64,000 nt of DNA from Candidatus Zhuqueibacterota bacterium (lineage in GTDB: Bacteria; Zhuqueibacterota; Zhuqueibacteria; Oceanimicrobiales; Oceanimicrobiaceae), in contig JAJDAE010000178.1 in NCBI GenBank assembly GCA_029262035.1, positions 105-64,104 of the forward strand. The letters are read 5' to 3'. Below are positions 60,211 through 64,000 of this stretch, piece after piece. The notes beneath the pieces were generated by a model, which saw only the letters and a list, made by a program, of their open reading frames with translations, was not told the DNA's origin and made no database searches. The position numbers and the translations under genes are program-made. Numbering within the stretch: the first letter of the stretch is position 1; every line of letters starts with the position of its first letter.

Positions 60211-60605
60211 GTTCTCCCCTCCATTATTTTAGATAAAAATATAGTGTTCTTTAATAAGACAAGTGGAATGTAGGCTAACTTTTTTTTATTGTCAAGAAAA
60301 CCCCGCTCTTAAATTTTATTTTTTTATATATTAGCCTTTATAAAAAAAATGATTTAAACCACACCCAAACTTGCGAAAATCATATTTATCTTGAAAATAT
60401 GGTATGATTTTATTATTTATGACAATATTTAATTAAAAATAAAATTTCAATAATAACCGCCGATTCTACAAACAGGAACGACCCGTAAAAAGTTTGAATA
60501 CAAAATAGAATTTTGTAAACTACAAATTTCTGGAATATCCGTATTCATATGAATATTGTGTATAGTATAATAAACAGTTTTGAGTAGGTTTTATTTGGAG
60601 GCTGA

Positions 60606-62777
60606 ATGTATTTCAGATCAGTTCATTTTTTTTCATCATTGAGTATAATTTGTTGTGTCCTTTTATTTTCTAACCCGGTTAACAGCTCCGGTAGTGAAAA
60701 ATTTCCACTCTCGGAAACCTTAAAACCCAACGTTCTGTTCTGGATAAATGTTTATGCAAAATACACGGAACGCGAAGTTATTATTCACGATTCATGGGAC
60801 CTGGATATTGTTTATGAGGTTGTAAATCTTGACAAACTTTTTCCCGGGGTAAAAGTAAGCAGCAGAATTGAATGGAAAAAAATTGAACAGATAAAAAAAG
60901 AATACCAAAACACCCTCAGGCGTTTATCAAGAAAGTCCAACGTCAAAATTGAATCTCTTAAAGGCAAGGAACTGCGCATAGCAAAATTGTATGGAAAACG
61001 ATTTAATTCAAAACGATTAAGAGCAGGCGTACGCTACGTGCGTGGGCAAACCGGATTAAAATACCGGTTCAAAAAGGGTTTGCAGCGGTCTGGAATATAT
61101 ATCAAAAGAATGCGTGAAATCTTTATAAATCATGGCATGCCATTAGAATTACTGGCACTCCCGCATGTTGAATCTTCCTATAATTATAAAGCTTACTCAA
61201 AACTCGGCGCCGCCGGCCTATGGCAATTTACCCGCTCAACAGGCCGCCAGTTTATGACGGTAAATTATAATGTTGACGAGAGGCTGGATCCGCTGGTTGC
61301 GACAGAATCTGCCGCCAGATTACTTAAAAAAAACTACGAAACGCTTAAAAGCTGGCCACTTGCCATTACCGCCTACAACCATGGTAGAGGCGGCATGAAA
61401 CGAGCTAAAAGAAAATTTGGTACCGACATAAGTAAAATTGTCCGCCGCTATCGCAGCCGGAGTTTTGGTTTCGCATCGCGCAACTTTTATTCAGAATTCT
61501 TAGCCGCCCTACATGTTTCGCAAAATTATACGGAATATTTTGGCGAGTTCGAAGTTTATCAGCCCAACCAATTCCTTGAATTTAATATCCCCGACTATAT
61601 TTATGTAAAAACTCTGTTGGATAAACTAAATATAAAACTCGAGGAATTCGCGGAGTATAACCCCGCCTTACGTAACCCTGTTCTAAAATCCAAAAGAAGA
61701 ATACCAAGAAACTTCACCATTCGCATTCCATTTCAAAACAATTTGGATATGGAAGAAATGTATGCACAAATTTCAACTGAGTTTAAATTTAAAGATCAGA
61801 TTGCTCCGGATTGGCATAAAGTTCGCCGTGGAGAAAATTTAAGCAATATCGCACGTAAATACAGAGTTTCACTTTACGAATTGATGTCAGCCAACAGTAT
61901 TCGCAACGCGCACAGAATCTACGTAGGACAAAATTTACAAATACCCGACACTAAAAACCGAATCCGCACTTCAGTTGCGAAAGCCAAACCCACAAAACAA
62001 GTTGAAACACGGTTGGCCGAAGCAGTTGACGTTAAATCTGAGAAATCAAAAAGTATTCTTGACGTACCGGCAATTGCGGCTGAACGAACTATTGAAAAAA
62101 ATACTGACATTTTAACAATAACAACACCATTACCGGACAAGCCGCAAATAACCCGCGTTACTGAAGAACAACAAGAGGCAATCGCTGTTGACGCGCAAAA
62201 ACTTAAAAACAGCTATCAATCTGTTGATGTTGTCATGGCAATGGCGTTGCCCGATTTTTATGTAGAATTAACCAAGAACAATGATTTACGGGTAGTGCGA
62301 GAAACAAAAGTAGAAGAGGTTCACGAATCTTTCCGAGATGTAGATTTCCCTCAAAATGGCATGGTAAATGTTGAGCCGGATGAAACCCTCGGCCATTTTG
62401 CAGAATGGTTAAAGGTCCCCACCTATAAACTGCGCAGGGTTAACCGAATGTCGTACGGCGTGCCGATTCAAATTGGGCAATCCTTGTTGCTGACTTTTGA
62501 AAGCGTTACCCCGGAACAATTCCATACAAGGCGAGTGGAGTACCACAAAGGCATTGAAGAAGACTTTTATCGTAACTTCAGGATTGAAGGGGAAAATCTT
62601 TATACCGTCCGCAGAGGCGATAATATTTGGCTTATCTGCAACAGGAATGTTGGCATGCCGCACTGGCTGCTCAAAAAATATAATCCGAACAAAAATTTTG
62701 GCAAACTGGTAGCTGGCGAAGATATTGTAATCCCGTTGGTAGAAGCCCGATTTCCAGAGGATGTTTTAAACAACTAA
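60606..62777 (+). CDS. Membrane-bound lytic murein transglycosylase D-like protein (SLT domain + LysM repeats)
   Basis: Signal peptide. SLT catalytic region LPHVESSYNYKAYSKLGAAGLWQFTRSTG. LysM-like modules (YKVRRGENLSNIARKY…; YTVRRGDNIWLICNR…). Confidence 0.85.
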   Translation: MYFRSVHFFSSLSIICCVLLFSNPVNSSGSEKFPLSETLKPNVLFWINVYAKYTEREVIIHDSWDLDIVYEVVNLDKLFPGVKVSSRIEWKKIEQIKKEYQNTLRRLSRKSNVKIESLKGKELRIAKLYGKRFNSKRLRAGVRYVRGQTGLKYRFKKGLQRSGIYIKRMREIFINHGMPLELLALPHVESSYNYKAYSKLGAAGLWQFTRSTGRQFMTVNYNVDERLDPLVATESAARLLKKNYETLKSWPLAITAYNHGRGGMKRAKRKFGTDISKIVRRYRSRSFGFASRNFYSEFLAALHVSQNYTEYFGEFEVYQPNQFLEFNIPDYIYVKTLLDKLNIKLEEFAEYNPALRNPVLKSKRRIPRNFTIRIPFQNNLDMEEMYAQISTEFKFKDQIAPDWHKVRRGENLSNIARKYRVSLYELMSANSIRNAHRIYVGQNLQIPDTKNRIRTSVAKAKPTKQVETRLAEAVDVKSEKSKSILDVPAIAAERTIEKNTDILTITTPLPDKPQITRVTEEQQEAIAVDAQKLKNSYQSVDVVMAMALPDFYVELTKNNDLRVVRETKVEEVHESFRDVDFPQNGMVNVEPDETLGHFAEWLKVPTYKLRRVNRMSYGVPIQIGQSLLLTFESVTPEQFHTRRVEYHKGIEEDFYRNFRIEGENLYTVRRGDNIWLICNRNVGMPHWLLKKYNPNKNFGKLVAGEDIVIPLVEARFPEDVLNN

Positions 62778-63030
62778 CTAAAAACTAAATCAACTATCCT
62801 TCTGAGCGCGAACTCCCGAATATATCTTTCAAAACAAGGCTTGGTGCGCAAAGAATTTCGTACCTAAACACGGGACTCTTCGCACGGAAGTATCGGCCTT
62901 AAAAACAGCACATGGGAACTTGTACTTAGAGCGACAGTATTGGGTAATATTCGTTCATTAGTTAAAGTCCGGAATGCCTGGTTTTTGCTGTTACTAATTC
63001 GTGGTTTAAAATACAATTATGAGGAACTAA

Positions 63031-64000
63031 TGAAAATAAGTGATGGCGTACTTAAAGTTGAATTAGAAAACGGACTCACCGTTTTACTGAAAGCAACGCA
63101 TACCACACCGGTTGTGGCAATTTATACCTATGTAAAAGCCGGTTATTTTGATGAAACCGACGATATTGTAGGCATCTCCCATTTAATTGAACACATGTTT
63201 TTTAAGAGCACATTGAAGCGCGGTGCCGGTGCTTTAGCAAAAGAGACAAAGGCCTTAGGCGGTTATTTAAATGCCAGTACGATTTACGATCATACTTTGT
63301 ATTACACGGTCCTCCCGAGTGAAAATCTTGCAGCAGGTCTTGAACTGCAATCTGATGCCCTGATCTATAGCGCGTTTAAACCTGATGAGTTGAGGAGCGA
63401 AACCGAAGTCGTCATTCAGGAAGCAAAAAGAAAACTGGATATGCCTTCCTCTGTGGCGCGAGAAAAATTACTTGAACTGGCTTTTACAGAACATCGCATG
63501 CGAAGATGGCGAATTGGCAGTGAAGAGGGGTTGCGAAAATTCACCCGCGATGATTATCTTAATTTTCACAAGAAATATTACCGTCCACAAAACATTATAC
63601 TAACTTTGGTTGGCGATTTTGAACCTGAAAAGGCCATTGCTGAAATCAAAAGCTTCTATGGAGATATGGCGCCGCAAGATTTCACAAAAGATGAAGCGCC
63701 AACAGAGCCTAAACAAACTGAATTTCGCAATAAAACCATAACCGGCAATATTCAGCAATGTTATCTGGTTACCGGGTTTCATGTTCCCAATGTGCATCAC
63801 GAGGACTCCTATGCCTTGGAGATTGTCTCGCACATTTTGTCGGGAGGGCGCAGCTCGAGGTTCTACCAGAATATAAAAGAACAAGGCTTGGTTCAAACAA
63901 TTAATTCCTACAATTACACACTAAACCAACTCGGTATTTTTTTAATAGAGGCCACCACACAACCTGAGAAACTAAGGCAAGCCGAGGTTGCGGTATTTGA
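63031..64000 (+). CDS. M16-family zinc metallopeptidase (insulinase/pitrilysin-like), 3' end beyond window
   Basis: Inverted zinc motif GISHLIEH (HxxEH) at ~aa 50. LENGLTVLL N-terminus typical of M16. ORF open to the window end. Confidence 0.8.

Noticed and set aside
62778-63030. GC-richer 250-bp spacer between the MltD-like and M16 peptidase genes with weak stem potential
   Set aside because: It has only imperfect short complementarities and no convincing hairpin or known RNA motif. It is likely a promoter or leader region.

Overview
This 64-kb window is densely coding chromosomal DNA from a Gram-negative, probably anaerobic bacterium, with most genes on the minus strand. My tentative placement, from sequence features only, is the FCB / Bacteroidota-related superphylum. 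Three features point there: a gingipain-like C25 peptidase ending in a T9SS type-A C-terminal sorting domain; a PorX-like response regulator with a PglZ domain; and a single-chain PFOR. Most of the content is housekeeping: PFOR plus a DHOD-like partner, SOD, PlsC, MobA, CysQ-like, LigA, tRNA-Pro, RdgB, holA, UppP, GlmS, GuaA, SurE, AccD, RimI, TsaB, TsaE, Zwf, a complete tolQ-tolR-tolA-tolB-pal-ybgF cluster, MltD-like and M16 peptidase. There is an envelope-stress module (ECF sigma, anti-sigma, HtrA), a 1603-aa multi-TM hybrid sensor kinase, and a second ECF sigma/anti-sigma pair followed by a two-component system. Several things stand out. (1) Two tandem EutN/CcmL-family microcompartment vertex genes sit next to a zinc-ribbon ORF, with no shell hexamer or cargo genes in the window. 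(2) A ~135-bp element containing a ~20-bp imperfect inverted repeat occurs twice in the same orientation, at 44931-45067 and 51379-51511, in each case immediately 5' of a minus-strand gene. The 6.3-kb segment between the copies looks decayed: an 8-bp unit (ATTACAGG) present three times frameshifts the NarL-type response regulator, there is a 480-bp coding-like but ORF-less stretch, an AT-rich membrane gene, and a possible IS remnant. (3) A Mrp/MinD-like P-loop ATPase carries an N-terminal GYF-like (DUF4339-type) domain and a Cys-rich tail, with a standalone paralogue of the small domain beside it, directly upstream of tol-pal. (4) A secreted protein is built of four ~140-aa internal repeats of no family I recognise. 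(5) A CcmH-like protein has APCC in place of CxxC. No CRISPR arrays, intact transposases, prophage genes or recognisable defence systems were seen.
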